A stretch of 64,000 nucleotides of DNA from Camelus dromedarius (taxonomy: Eukaryota). The notes under the pieces were generated by a model. It was not told where the DNA came from. It made no database searches and was given only the letters and a program-made list of their open reading frames with translations. The DNA lies in contig NC_087447.1 of the NCBI RefSeq assembly GCF_036321535.1, positions 558,001-622,000 of the forward strand, in the 5' to 3' direction. Numbering within the stretch: the first letter of the stretch is position 1; the number at the start of each line of letters is the position of its first letter. Of the stretch, positions 13,331 to 32,329 are shown piece by piece. The translations under genes were made by a program, and so were the position numbers.

Positions 13331-13976
13331 CGTGTCAAAATTAGCCGGTGCGATCTCGGGTTGCAGTGGGTATTGGGGGCTGATCGCCATTGCTGCTCCA
13401 TACCCACCTCTTGCTGGAAGACAAGAGCTCTCAGAATGTCCCCAGCCAGCCCCAAGGGCCTCCTCTCAAGCCCTGCAGAGCCCGACCCCCAGCTCCAGTG
13501 ACCCCACTTTATGGACTACCACTCTGGGCCAGACGCCCCGAGCATCTGGCTTCCCCACATGCTGCGCCTCCTTCAGTCCTTCTCTGCTACAACTCACAAA
13601 AGAGGAAAAGGAGGCTCCGGGAGTTCGGACGTTGCCCAATGCCACTTAGCTGGTGAGTGCCGAAGCCAAGGGCCACAAACCAGGTCTGTTTGACCCTCAA
13701 GAAAGCATTCCCCACTCGTGCCTGCATCTTGTCCTAACCCCGCAGAGCAGGTGCCCTGTAAAGGAACACGTGAACACACCCTCTTCTGCCTGTTTGGCCC
13801 CCAAATCACATGGTACGCACTGCACTGTTTCCTCCAGCCTCCCCAGCTCCCAACATCCCTCTCACCAGGATGGGCAGTTTCTGCCAGGCCTCCTTTCTAC
13901 CCAGCTCTTAGCCCCCATTCAGTTTCCACAGAGCTATCAGGAGAATTAAACAAAAACAAAAAATTCATCACAGGAA

Positions 13977-14348
13977 CATCATTCAGTCTTAAAAAGGAAT
14001 GACATCCTGACACAGGCTACAATGTGGATAAACCTTGAGGGCATTACAGTAAATGAAATAAGCCAGATACAAAAGGACAAGTGCTGTGTGTTTCCACTTA
14101 CATGAGGTCTCTAAAGCAATCAAATACCAGAGACAGAAAGTACAATGGGGAGGTGGGGATGTGCAGGGGCTGGGGGAGGTGAATGGGGAGTTACCATTTA
14201 ATGGGTAGAGTTCAATTTGAGAAGATAAAAAAACTTCTGGAAACAGATGGTGCTGATTGTACAACAGTGTGAATGCTCCTAATGCCGCTAAATTGTAGGA
14301 GTAAAACGGTAAGTTTTATGTTATGTATTATTTTACTGTCAACAAAAA
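13977..14348 (+). mobile_element. L1 (L1MB/L1MA-type) 3' end fragment
   Basis: AT-rich block with characteristic L1M 3' sequence: TTCAGTCTTAAAAAGGAATGACATCCTGACACAGGCTACAATGTGGATAAACCTTGAGGGCATTA...AATAAGCCAGATACAAAAGGACAA...GATGGTGCTGATTGTACAACAGTGTGAATG. Subfamily needs RepeatMasker. Confidence 0.85.
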
Positions 14349-14424
14349 TGAGAACAATCACAACATGCCACCTCCCTGTGTGATGGCAATAAAGTCACAT
14401 CCTCGCCGGACGGTTTCCCCACTT

Positions 14425-14520
14425 TACCCCCGCTGTGTGACCTTGAGCGGGAAAGCCTTTCTGTGCCTGACCTGTTCATCTATATAATGGGGGTGCTGTA
14501 TGGTGTGTGTTAACGCACTA
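14425..14520 (+). mobile_element. MIR SINE fragment
   Basis: CTGTGTGACCTTGAGC...TCTGTGCCTGACCTGTTCATCTATATAATGGGG resembles the MIR core. Confidence 0.65.
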
Positions 14521-14604
14521 GCGCTTGATGCGCTACACACGTGGGTTCCCCTTGTCGTCTGAGCCCGCATCGGCTGGTTGCTGCCTCTGGACACACCTCC
14601 GACC

Positions 14605-14862
14605 ACCTCAGGGCCTTTGCATCTGATCCCGCTGGCCTGGGCTCGCCCCAGATTTTCGCAGGGCCGGCTCCTTCCCATCCTTCAGCTCCGTGTCGCCGCC
14701 TCTTCCCTCAGGGTCTATCTCAGCCTGGGACGGCCTCGTTTATTGACTTGGTGTGTCTGCGCGCTAGAGCCTAATTTCCGCGCAAGCAGAACTGGGCCTG
14801 TTCCCTCTCAGGACAGACGCCAGCCTGCAGCAGGGCCCCTGACACGGAGGAGTGAATGAGTG
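14605..14862 (+). mobile_element. L2 LINE 3' fragment
   Basis: CTCAGGGCCTTTGCA...GCCTGG...TCCTTCAG...GTTTATTG...GAGTGAATGAGTGA resembles the degenerate L2 3' consensus. Confidence 0.55.
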
Positions 14863-15199
14863 ACGTGGGATGTGTCTGCGTGAACTCTGAGGCCAGTTCG
14901 GAGCCGAGAGGGCCAAGGCGGGGGCAGGTCACGCGGGTGTCGGGACTCCTGGCTCCACTCCTCGGGGCGGCAGCGGTGACAGGGCCTCCAGCTTCGCCCG
15001 AGGCCCCCGCCATGGCCCTGGAAGGGAGCAGCGGCTCGATCCCGCGGTGTGAGCTCGCGGAAAGGCTCGCCTACCTCACTGGGCCAGGCTGGGCAAGACC
15101 GCCACCAGCCCCCGCCGGTCAGCGGGCGGGAACCACCGGAGAGCCGGAAGGGCTGCGGGTCGGACCAGAGCAGCTGCGCTCGGGCCACGTGCGGCCCGC

Positions 15200-15670
15200 T
15201 CAGGCCGTGGCGCAGCCGCACTTCCGGGAGGCACGCACCATGGGACTTGTAGTTCGTCGGCTGCTCCTGCAGAGATGTGACCGGGACGTGGAAGCCGCGC
15301 TGCATGTTGGGAGCTGTAGGCGCCGCGTGGCATCCTGGGAGCCCTGAGGGAGAAACGCTGCACTTCGGGTTCGCGCCTCGTTTCGCCCCGCAGCCCCCAG
15401 GGACTTCGAGGGACACTCGCCCCATCCTATACAAGAAGGCAGCCCCAGAACTGCCCTTCGCCTTTGTGGTGCGGGACGGGACAACGGCGTTTCCGGCGTC
15501 CTCGCTGGCTGAGCACGTGTGACGTCACTCGGCGGCGCCTTCACGGGGCGCGGCGCGCAGGTCCCGGAGGCTTCTGGGTAGCGGATTATCCCCGCCCCCA
15601 GCACCGGCGCCTTCCTTTCCGTCCTTGACGCCGCCGAGGTTGCACGCGTGAGGCTCTCCCCCGCTGCCGA
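15200..15670 (+). promoter_or_regulatory. RPLP2: RPLP2 promoter and 5'TOP non-coding exon 1
   Basis: ETS/GABP site CACTTCCGG (15219-15227); TGGGACTTGTAGT, i.e. ACTACAnnTCCCA on the minus strand (15241-15253); E-box CACGTG (15514-15519) abutting CRE TGACGTCA (15520-15527); pyrimidine initiator CTTCCTTTCC (~15611-15620); donor GA|GTGAGT after 15670. Confidence 0.8.
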
Positions 15671-15870
15671 GTGAGTGGGGAGGCCGGGGCACGGGCCAGT
15701 CGCCGTCGTGAGCGTCGCGGAGGGCAGGCAGGGCGCGGGGCCGGGTGCGGAGCAGGGCGCGGGCTGGGCCTCAGAGGGGGCCCTCGGGCCGGGCCACGCG
15801 CGGCCGCGCACGGGCCGGGGTGGGGGCGGGAGGCCTCCCGGCAACGCCGCCGCCCTCTCCGCACTTCAGG

Positions 15871-17465
15871 ATGCGCTACGTCGCCTCTTACCTGCTGGCC
15901 GCGCTCGGGGGCAATGCCTCCCCCAGCGCCAAGGACATCAAAAAGATCCTGGACAGCGTGGGCATCGAGGCAGACGACGACCGGCTCAACAAGGTAGCCG
16001 CCCCGCTGGGACCCGAAGCCCCCGGCCAACTCTATATCCTGCGCACAGGGAGTCCCTCTCTTCCTTTCGGGAAAGTGTAGGCTGACGTGCCCGCGGGTTT
16101 GAGGGGAGGCTTGCGCCAGCGCATGTGGTCATTGGGTGCCCTTTTGAGATACCGATACGGCCAAAAGGAAACAAGTTGGGGTAGAGGTAAAGTCCCCATT
16201 AGTAGGGCTCAGTGGGAATACAACACAGTACAGCTCACTTGTAACTTAGGTAGTTTAGCAACTTTTATTTTAACGAAAGTAGCTAAGTTCAGCTTTTTTC
16301 CATCTATCTTACTGAGGATGTTATTTTAACATGTGTTAAATAAAAATTGAGATATTTTGCATTCTTTTAAGTAACGTGTTAAAAATGTGGTGTTAGTCAC
16401 CACGCATGGCACGTCTCACTTACCTCTCTTGACCGTGGGTCATGATGGCTGGGCTAGAGGGGCCGTGATGGTGGGCCTCTAACTGCGCTGGTCCTCCACT
16501 GCAGGTCATCAGTGAGCTGAACGGAAAGAACATCGAGGACGTCATTGCTCAGGGTGAGCTTGTGGTTGGAGCTTTTGTTTTCATGGTCCATCCTAATCCC
16601 TGCGGGTCAGCCTGTGACCTGCCAGGTTTCGCTTGTGGACTAGAGCATCCTAGAAGTCTTACCCGCAGGAGTGAGCAGGGTTTGAGAGAGCTCACTTCAC
16701 GGGCGCTTCTAGACACCCCAGGGGCAGTGCTCTCACTGAGCCTGTTTGTAAACAAGTCTCACTTTTTCCTCTTGGTGAGAGGCGTTCCAAGCAGAGAGCA
16801 GGGGTGCCCGGGAGGACCACAGCCACTGCTCTCCTTTGCTGGGCACGTGGTTTCCTAGCGATATCAAGCTGGTGGGGCTTGTGTGGAAGTTGAGCTGTTG
16901 GGGAGCTGTTTCTGTCCCTGGGTACGTGGTGAGCTTGCTGCCAGAGGTGAGAGTCTGTTCCTGCCTGATCTTCGATGTGTTTATCCGACTTACGTCCTGG
17001 GTGGGGCAGTGTGGTCCTGCTGGAGAGATTCCTAAAAGCCAGTTTTTGGGAGCAGTGACAGAATCTTCTGTCTGGGAGAGCAGAAGTCTGTGATACAGGT
17101 CCTGATACATGGGCAGACTGTTTCTTTATCCTTAGGCAGCGTTCAGGCCAAGCACCTGCCGTGGTCTCACCTCCCCTTTCTGGTTTCTGTAGGCATCGGC
17201 AAGCTGGCCAGCGTGCCTGCTGGCGGAGCTGTGGCCGTCCCAGCTGCCCCAGGCTCTGCAGCTCCTGCTGCAGGTTCTGCCCCAGCCGTAGGTAAGTGCG
17301 GGCTCAGGCAGCCACCCCTGCAGGTGCACTGGGGTCTCAGCTGGGAGGGTGGCCTGCACTGGGGTCTCAACGCTCTTTCTCTCCACAGCAGAGGAGAAGA
17401 AGGAGGAGAAGAAGGAGGAGTCAGAGGAGTCAGACGATGACATGGGGTTTGGCTTGTTCGACTAG
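15871..17465 (+). CDS. RPLP2: 60S acidic ribosomal protein P2, 115 aa
   Basis: join(15871..15993,16505..16553,17193..17291,17389..17465); MRYVASYLLAALGGN...EESEESDDDMGFGLFD; AATAAA at 17482-17487. Confidence 0.98.
16210..16420 (+). mobile_element. Probable MER33-like (hAT-Charlie) DNA transposon remnant in RPLP2 intron
   Basis: AT-rich; ATTTTAACATGTGTTAAATAAAAATTGAGATATTTTGCATTCTTTT...GGCACGTCTCA resembles the MER33 consensus as I recall it. Confidence 0.5.
16584..16718 (+). ncRNA. SNORA52: H/ACA box snoRNA ACA52
   Basis: Intronic in RPLP2; starts TGGTCCATCCTAATCCCTGC; H box AGAGCA (16642-16647); ACA at 16713-16715, 3 nt from the 3' end; two-hairpin layout matches recalled human SNORA52. 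Confidence 0.92.
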
Positions 17466-17914
17466 AGTCTCGCTCCCTGCAAATAAAACTCTTTTTACAT
17501 ATTTCTTGAGTTGTCTGTGAGCAGTTCATTAGAGTGGTCTCTGCACTCTAGTCTCATTCTGGGAGGAACCAAGGCCCTTGCTTCAAGAGGTGGAATGGAG
17601 TGCCTGGGACACTTCCCACTGTGGGTCTTGAGTGTGGCCAAACCTTAAACAGGCTCAGGAGAGAGCGTGAGCCTTCTAGGACACGGTCCTGGCTCTTGTG
17701 GACTGCCAGGGCCTTCCCAGGGAGTGAGGCCTTCAGGGGACACTCAGGAAAACTTGAGAAGCATCAGTAGGTTTCCGCTGTGTGTGCCAGGCTTGGGCAG
17801 TTGAGACCAGCACTTCCTGCAAGACTGGTGGCGTCCTCCGGTTATGCACCAGAGGTGGTGGGTGTATGGGTCCTGCGTATCCTTGTAGGATCAGGGGCCC
17901 AGTTCTTGTTCATT

Positions 17915-18005
17915 TCAGTGCCCCAGCTCCGCCTTAATCCCTGAGCGACTTGAGACAGCCACTTAGCTCTTCTGAGCCTCAGCGTCCCCAGCTGTCTGGT
18001 GGGGC
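17915..18005 (+). mobile_element. MIR SINE fragment
   Basis: CCCAGCTCCGCC...GACTTGAGACAGCCACTTAGCTCTTCTGAGCCTCAG...CTGT resembles the MIR core. Confidence 0.6.
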
Positions 18006-20548
18006 AGCCCCTTTGCTGGCCAGCTGTGGAAGTGGTTCCTGGGCAGTGATACTGGGCTGTGTGCTCCTATGTCCTTTGGTGGCCTGGTGCCTCTTCTGCT
18101 AGGCTCTGGCCCAAAATTTGGGGCAGAGGAGACGGGCCCTCCCTTTACTTACTGATGCCAGGTCGCTCAGCAGACACGTTGCTTCCCCCTCTGAAGACTC
18201 TGGACGGGCAGCCAGCTGTGATGTGTGCTCCTACTGTGTTCCAGGCCACAGCACTGAAGGCTTTGCCTCTGGAGAAAGTAATGAGTACCACACGGGGTGG
18301 GGTGGGTGGAGGGCTTGCCTCAGGAAGAGGCCCCAGGGCAGGAGTGTGTGTGGGGTGGAAGGAAGACTTAGGATCCCTTTTGCTAGAGGAGTGGGGACTA
18401 GGAATGGAGGGGTTGGGGGTGGTGGGGGAACATGGAGCCAAGGGGGAGTGGGGACCCCTGCAGGGATCATAGCGGTGTGGGCCACAAGGCGGGGAAGTGT
18501 GAATGGGATGAGGGGTGGAGCAATGGGTGCCCAGGGACACAGGGACCTGCAGAGGAACGGAGCCAGGGTACCACCCTTGGACCCTGAAGAGAAGGGCCCT
18601 GTGTGGGCCAGAGGACACCACGGGAGTGGGGGCATGGCACCTGCCTGGCAGAGTCATCAGATACCAAGGTTTCTCATCTGTGCTGATGGGGAGGAGGCAG
18701 GGCCACGTCCCACCCCCAACCAGGGTTCCAGGAAGGGCTGCCTTGTTCCTGGCTCCAGGCCTTGTGGTCCCAGGGGCCTGGAGGGAGGTACATGTATCCA
18801 AAGCAATTTGGCCATGATGTGGAAATGAGAGCAGAGGTCTCCCTGCACTGGGGCGGCGCCACCCTCCAGGGCCCCCAGTCTCGGGAGCAGGCAGGGCCTG
18901 GACCCTGGCCACTCCTTGGAGTGGGTTGCAGAAATGGCCTTCTGAGTGTCCTGGCTCAGCTTGTGCTGCCCAGGGCCTCCAGCAGCACCACACTCTCTGT
19001 ACTGTACCTCTCTCCAAAGCCCTTGGGGGCTGGGGTCCCACATACAGTGGAATTCCCTCACCCCCTCTGCTTTCCCCTTTCCTAGCACCCAGCTTTGAGC
19101 TCCCCTCTCAATCCTGGAGCCCAGGGCCTTTACATGTCCTGTAGGACGGTGGCCCTGTGCCCGTCCCAGGTTAACTGTATCCGCACACCCCTTCCCCATC
19201 TTAGTTCTTATTTGAGCTTATAGAAAACATCTCTCCTACCCACCCCACCCTGAGTAAGGCCCGTTTGTGTTGACTTTGCTCACTGCTCAAATCCTTGCCA
19301 GCAAACATGGTGCTAAGTATGGGTGGCTTGGAGCACAGAGGCTGAGGACTGGGTGGCCTGACCCCAGATGGCTGTGTCCTGGGGAGGCCCTGCTCTGGCT
19401 TCTCAGCCTGGGCCTGGGTGGGGGCAGCCCCCAGCTGCAGCTCTGGCACCAGCTGGGTCCTGCCTGGGGGTGAGTGTTCTGGGAAGACAAACGCACACTG
19501 GCAACCCAACCCCCAGCATAGACCAGCACTTGGTTGAGGGGTGGGGTTGGTGCAGGGCCGGCCCTGGAGCCAAGCCGGGCTAGGCCTGCCACACAGTCCA
19601 GGAGAAAAATGCGGAAGAGGGAGGGGGCGGGAGGGTGACATCACCGGGAGTGCTCCACCTGCTGGGGCAATTAGTGGCGGCGGATGGGGCCGAGTCACAC
19701 CTGCGGAGACCACCACGGCCTAAGAAGCTGCGCCAGGACACAGGTCGACCAGGTTAGTGCCCAGGTAGAGGGGGCGGCTCAGCGGGGAGGGCGGGGGCCG
19801 GGATGTTGTTGGGGGACAGTGTCTGCGGCACGGGTGTGTTCTCTCTGGAAGTCGTCTCTGTGTGGTTCCCGTGCAGCCCTGTGTGTTTATGGGTCAGTCT
19901 GTGGATGAGTCCGTAGGTCCTTCGAGTCCCTGCCCCTCAGCGAGTTCCTCAGTGTCCAGGGTGGGTGTTGTAAGCAGACCCCCGAGGGAGGGGGCGGTTG
20001 CTGCCTAGACACCATTGCTCCAACTTTGCGGGTATCCGGACCCCGGTCCCCACACCTCTGGGCCACTGTGTGTCCCCTCCCGCCGCCCACGATGGTTCGG
20101 GGTGGGGGAAGGCAGCTAGAGGCCAGGGGCATGGATTCTCGTCCAGACCTGGCCAGTGCCTTTGGCTGGGCCGGCGTCTCAGGGCCCAGTGGCCTGGACC
20201 GCGGGCGGGAGGGGCTGGAGGCCGAGTCTCGGGGCCGGGGCGGGGGCTCCGAGCCCGGGCTCTGGGCCGAGGGAGACTTCCGGGGAGGGGCGTGGTCTCA
20301 GGGCTCGCCCCGAGGGCGCGGCCGTTCCCCGCTCACCCCGACTGGCCGCGCGTGCCGGCTCAGTCCCGCCCCCCCGGTAAAATCACCGCCTCCGTCACCT
20401 CCCCGCGCAGCGTCTCCAACCCCGCCGGCGGAGACCCGAGTTAGAGCGACCGCGGGGGTCTGGCCCCCGCTCCAGAGCGAGCAGTGAGCGCGCAGTGCAC
20501 AGCGAGGCCGGCCGCCCGCGGAGCCTCGGAGCCCGGCGGGACGCCGCG

Positions 20549-24909
<4,361 letters not shown>

Positions 24910-25371
24910 GCGCCCCTGCTCCAGCCTGCCCCAGTCCCCTGGGACCCTGGTGCTGAGGGATGGGCCCCCCAGCTCCCCTGCCCGGCGAGACGGGGCCCTG
25001 GGACCCGCTGAGATCCTCCTCCCCGACCTCTCCACCCCCGCTGCAGAGTGAGGAGATGGGGGCCCCTCCTGCTGCCAGAGGGGGCTTTGCTGTCAGCCGA
25101 CCGCTCGCCTGCTGCACTAAGGAGGCAGGCACGTGGAGTACTCCTCCCCACAAGGCTCCCCTCTCTGTGCCTTAATCTCCCCTTCCCAGACCCCACCCTG
25201 GAGTGGGGCGGTCATGGCTAGGGGCTCCTGCACCTGCCGCCCCTGCCCAACACCCCACCCATCAGGGCAGTATTACTCCTGAGAACTTTGCACCTGCTCC
25301 TTCCTCCACGTTTTCCTTGTTTTGCTGAAGCATGTGTGTGAAGAATTATTTATTTTTGCCAAAGCAGATGT

Positions 25372-25377
25372 AATAAA
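25372..25377 (+). terminator. PNPLA2: PNPLA2 poly(A) signal
   Basis: AATAAA preceded by AU-rich ATTATTTATTTTT. Confidence 0.85.
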
Positions 25378-26659
25378 TGTGACAGCTTAGCCCCTGCCTC
25401 CTTCACTTGTATGGGACAACCCCCCCCCGACCCCCGCCACCCCCAGCTGACCAGTCTCTACAGCTTCAGGTCAGGACTTCCAGGGGCTGCTCTCCCTGAG
25501 TCTGGCACCTCTAGGCCTGCCAGCCGGGACTGGGGCTCCCCCTGACCCCCTCCAGCTCACTCTTCTGGCTGGGACCCTTGGGCACAGCTTTCCGAGGGCT
25601 AGTGGAAATATTTGGGACCAAGATACTTGCTAAGTAAAAACTAAGAAGTGTTTACAAAAGGTGGTGTCTTCACCTCCACTCCACGGTGACGTGGGGGCGT
25701 GGGGCTGATTTCAGGGTTGGATGGTTGTGGCGGAGGAGGTTCCCAAGCTGAGTGCTGGGGACCTGGCAGTGGCGTGGGGGGGGGGCTGCTCCACTTTGGG
25801 TGTTCCCCCCAAGGCGCTGTGGGAGGTGCAGGTCTTCCCCTGTCATGACCAGCCTCACAGGCCAGATGCAGACACCTTGTTCCCCGTCAGCCTCCCCCCA
25901 GCAGAGTACCCAGTCTCCTGTCCATGTCCAGGAGGGATCTGGGATATTAGGTGGGGTGGAGTCTGAGTTGAAGGGGGCTGGACTTTGTTCTGGGGTAGAT
26001 ACGGTTTTCTGAAAGCTTCTGCTGCCCTGGGCAGTCTGAGGGGATGCAACCAACCCTCCTTGGTGCCCCAAAGGGCCTGTGGGGGTGAGGGGTGCTGGCA
26101 CAGAGTCCAGAACTTCGCTGGCTGTCCAGAGTTCTTAGTCCTACCTGGTTAAGCTCACATCTGCCCCTTCCCCTCAGGGCATGGGGCAGCTGGGGTGGCG
26201 GTGGCCACGGCCCCCAGCCAACAATAACGGTCGGTAGTGGGACTGCCCGACTGGGAGAGCCGGCTCAGCAGGTTGCCGGTGTGCCTGTGCCAGGGGCCAC
26301 CCCCCCTTGGTCTCAAGGTCCTGTCCTATAGTCACAACCTGTTCCAGTTGAGCAGGATCCGAGGCTCCTGGAGAGACGGAGGCCTCCAGCCCCCCAGAGC
26401 TGCCAGGCCAGCCCCTCCAGGTGGGTGCAGGGGTGGGTTGGGGGCTGGGAGGAGGACCCCTGGGAAGAGGTTGGGGTTTTCTCGCCCAGCAGGATGGTCA
26501 CACGCAGGTCCCACCCAGCACCTTTTCCCAGCACCCTGTAACAGGAACCAGCCTCAGGGCTGTGCCCCCAAAGGAGTGCTTGGGATGCCCCCACCTGTCA
26601 CTCACCTTCACAGGCACAGGCACTTGTGTCACTGCTTTAAATACCATTTTCTAGTATAT

Positions 26660-26800
26660 TACATGTTTATTATTTAAAAGTGGAAAAAAACAAAAGTTGA
26701 GAAGTATAAGGAAGAAAAAGTCACCCCACTTCCAGAGATAACGACTGGAAATATTTTGGTCTATTTCCTGCTGGCTTTTTCCTGCACATGCATTTTGGTG
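26660..26800 (-). mobile_element. Ancient L1ME-type fragment
   Basis: AT-rich island AAGTATAAGGAAGAAAAAGTCACC...CAGAGATAACGACTGGAAATATTTTGGTCTATTTCCT resembles the L1ME 3' region. Confidence 0.6.
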
Positions 26801-26899
26801 CCTTGAAACCGGCTCCTCAGGACCCCCACACTTGTTCAAGAAGGGTCCCCAGGAGCATCTCCACCCTACTAGGCGTGCGGGCTCTGTGAGGACAGCCAC

Positions 26900-27500
26900 T
26901 CGGGGGTCGGGAGCCCTATGCGAGGGCGGGCGGGCTGGGAGGCGAGTGCCGGCTCACCGGGGAAGCGCCTAGAGGCGGGGACACGCGCGGACACGGCGAC
27001 AGCGGCGGCAGCAGCGGCGGCTCCGCCCGGGCCGGCCCGCCGGGGGTCTCGCTGCCCGCAGAAGGACAGCGCGGCGCGCGGCAGGTGGGACGGCGCAGCT
27101 CGCAGGTAGGCGCCTCCCGATCCCGCCGCCGCCCGCGTCGGCCCCGCGCCCTCTCCCGCCTCTCCCAGTCGCCGCTGGGCACGCCGATCTTCCGGGTCGC
27201 GGTCAGGGACTCCGGGGCCCCTTGGGGCGCAGCGGCGGGGGCAGGGCGGGCGCGGCCCCCAGGGCGCGGGGTCCTGGCGGCCCTTCCCCTCCCTGCCTGG
27301 ACGCAGCGCAGCTTCCGGCTGGGATGGCCCTTTGGTCTAGTGGAGCCCGCGAGTCGCCGGTGGGGTGGAGCACCCGCCCGGGGAAGGCGGCGGTGTGAGT
27401 GGGGAGCTATTTCTGGGCCCCGTGCGCCCTCCTCTCGCGCTTCCTCAGACCTGCCCTCTTTGGAGATCTTGCCCCCATCCCCAGGAATGCGGATGGGGAG
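26900..27500. promoter_or_regulatory. CRACR2B: CpG island upstream of CRACR2B (likely promoter)
   Basis: CpG-dense; + strand donors (CAG|GTAGGC ~27105, GT|GTGAGT ~27393), about 1-1.5 kb upstream of the ATG. Confidence 0.55.
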
Positions 27501-28428
27501 AGAGAATCACGGTCCTGGAATGAGGGGCAAGGGGTCCGGAACCCCAGGTGGAAGGTGTTACTACACTGCGGGTTAGCTTTTGGGACATCCAGGGTCAGGG
27601 TGCCGTGGGAATGACAAGTGGTCTGATTGGGGACAGGGACTTGGAGGAGGCCAGTCTGGTGGAGAGTGAAGTGCTAGGAGGAGGGGCCGCAAGGATAGAC
27701 TCCGGCTGATCCTGACAAGGGCCACGGAAGGCATCGTGCCCAGGGCGGGACTCTGGGCCTGCACCCCAGGGGCCTGGTGCCGGTGGGAGAAGCTGTGGGC
27801 CAGGAGGGAGGAGCTTACCCCGCCTGCCAGCTGGCAGGAGGCAGAGCGCTGAGGCCCAGACTCAGGGCCTAAGGACTCAGCCAGGATTGGCTGGGTGCTC
27901 CCACTGACCCAGTCAGATCAGCCTCGTCTCCAGGTCTCCAACTCCATGACCTGTTCAGCACCTCTGCGGCTGACCAGCCCTGACCCAAGCCGCCACCTCC
28001 TCATTTTCGTCACAAGATCTTCTATAGCTGCTCCCCAACAATACACTGAGACCCTCTCTCCCCCAGCCCACCCTCTCCTGCCCTGGCTCCCTCCTTGGGC
28101 CACAGCCTCTAGCTCCCTGGGTGGCCCTGAGCCCACATCACTCCACCCCTGACAACCAACATCTGCAGCCCTACCTGCAATTGGGCCATACCTCCCCAGG
28201 TTGCCCCTCCTCTCTGGACCTTGCCATGCCCTCTCCCACCTTCCCATCTGGGGCAGGGAGGCCCTTGGGCTCACTCCTGGCTCCCACCACCCCAGCTCCG
28301 CCCTCAGACACCCTTACCCCACACCCTCTCTCTGCCTTCACTTCCCCTCTCGCCTCATTTCTTCTCAGCTCTGCTCAGGCCCTGACTCCTCCTTGGCTTC
28401 ACAGCACCCAGCAGCTGAGACCCTCACC

Positions 28429-31384
<2,956 letters not shown>

Positions 31385-32329
31385 CCGGCCCGGGTGACTC
31401 ACTGGGCGTTACTTGGTTACTTGAAGAGGCTGCCCCTTGAAGGCAACTCATCATGGCTGAGGGCTGCTCATCCAGAGTGTGGGTTCTACCCAGTGGACTG
31501 CCTGGGCTGCCTGACTTGCAGACATGAAGGAGCTAATCCCAGGGTGGTCAGGGTCTCATGTGCCTCCCTCAAGGTCCTCGTCCTATCCCCATCCCATCAA
31601 AACCAGCAAGCCCCCCCAGTCCAAATAAAGTCCACTGACTTCACCTCCTCGGCCTCCTGTGTGTGAGCCACAGCATTTGTGACGTACACCTAGGTGTCCA
31701 CGGTACATGTGTGTCCCTGGTCGTCTCCCTGAGCCCTCACCGTCTGTCAGAGCTGAAGCCCCACCCCACAAGCACTCTGTAGGGACAAAGGGACTGAGGC
31801 CACTGTCTCCCAGAAAGCAGCGGATGGGGTTTCCTCCCTGCTCCCAGCCTCAGTCAGCCGCCCCCACCCCATGTCCTCACAAGGCCCTGGGTGGGCTAGC
31901 TAAGCCCGCTGGAGTCCTGAGTGGAGCCGCCTGGGGTAGGCCTGGAGCTGCCCCCCCCCCCGTGCCCCTCCTTCCTGCCTGGGGAGCTGGCAGCTGCCAG
32001 CCCGGCAGGGAGCTGGGGATGAGCGCTGCCCACTGTCCATGGAGAGCGGCTCCAACCCACTGTGCAGACTCAGACACGCCTGGGACTACTCCCCTTCCCC
32101 ACCTTACTCCCACTCCCAGCTTCTCAGTTCGGCGTGTCAGCAGGCGCCGCCCTTTCTCCCTCACATCTTCCCACCACTCCCAGGCGGATGCCCTCCAGAC
32201 TGGACTACCTCTCACATTGACCCTACGCCTCCCCTCCAGGCCGTCCTCCAAACTACGCCCAGAGGGACTCCTCTCTGCATCTGACCATACCTCCAGACCC
32301 TCTCCCTCATCTGCTCTGCCGACCCCTGC

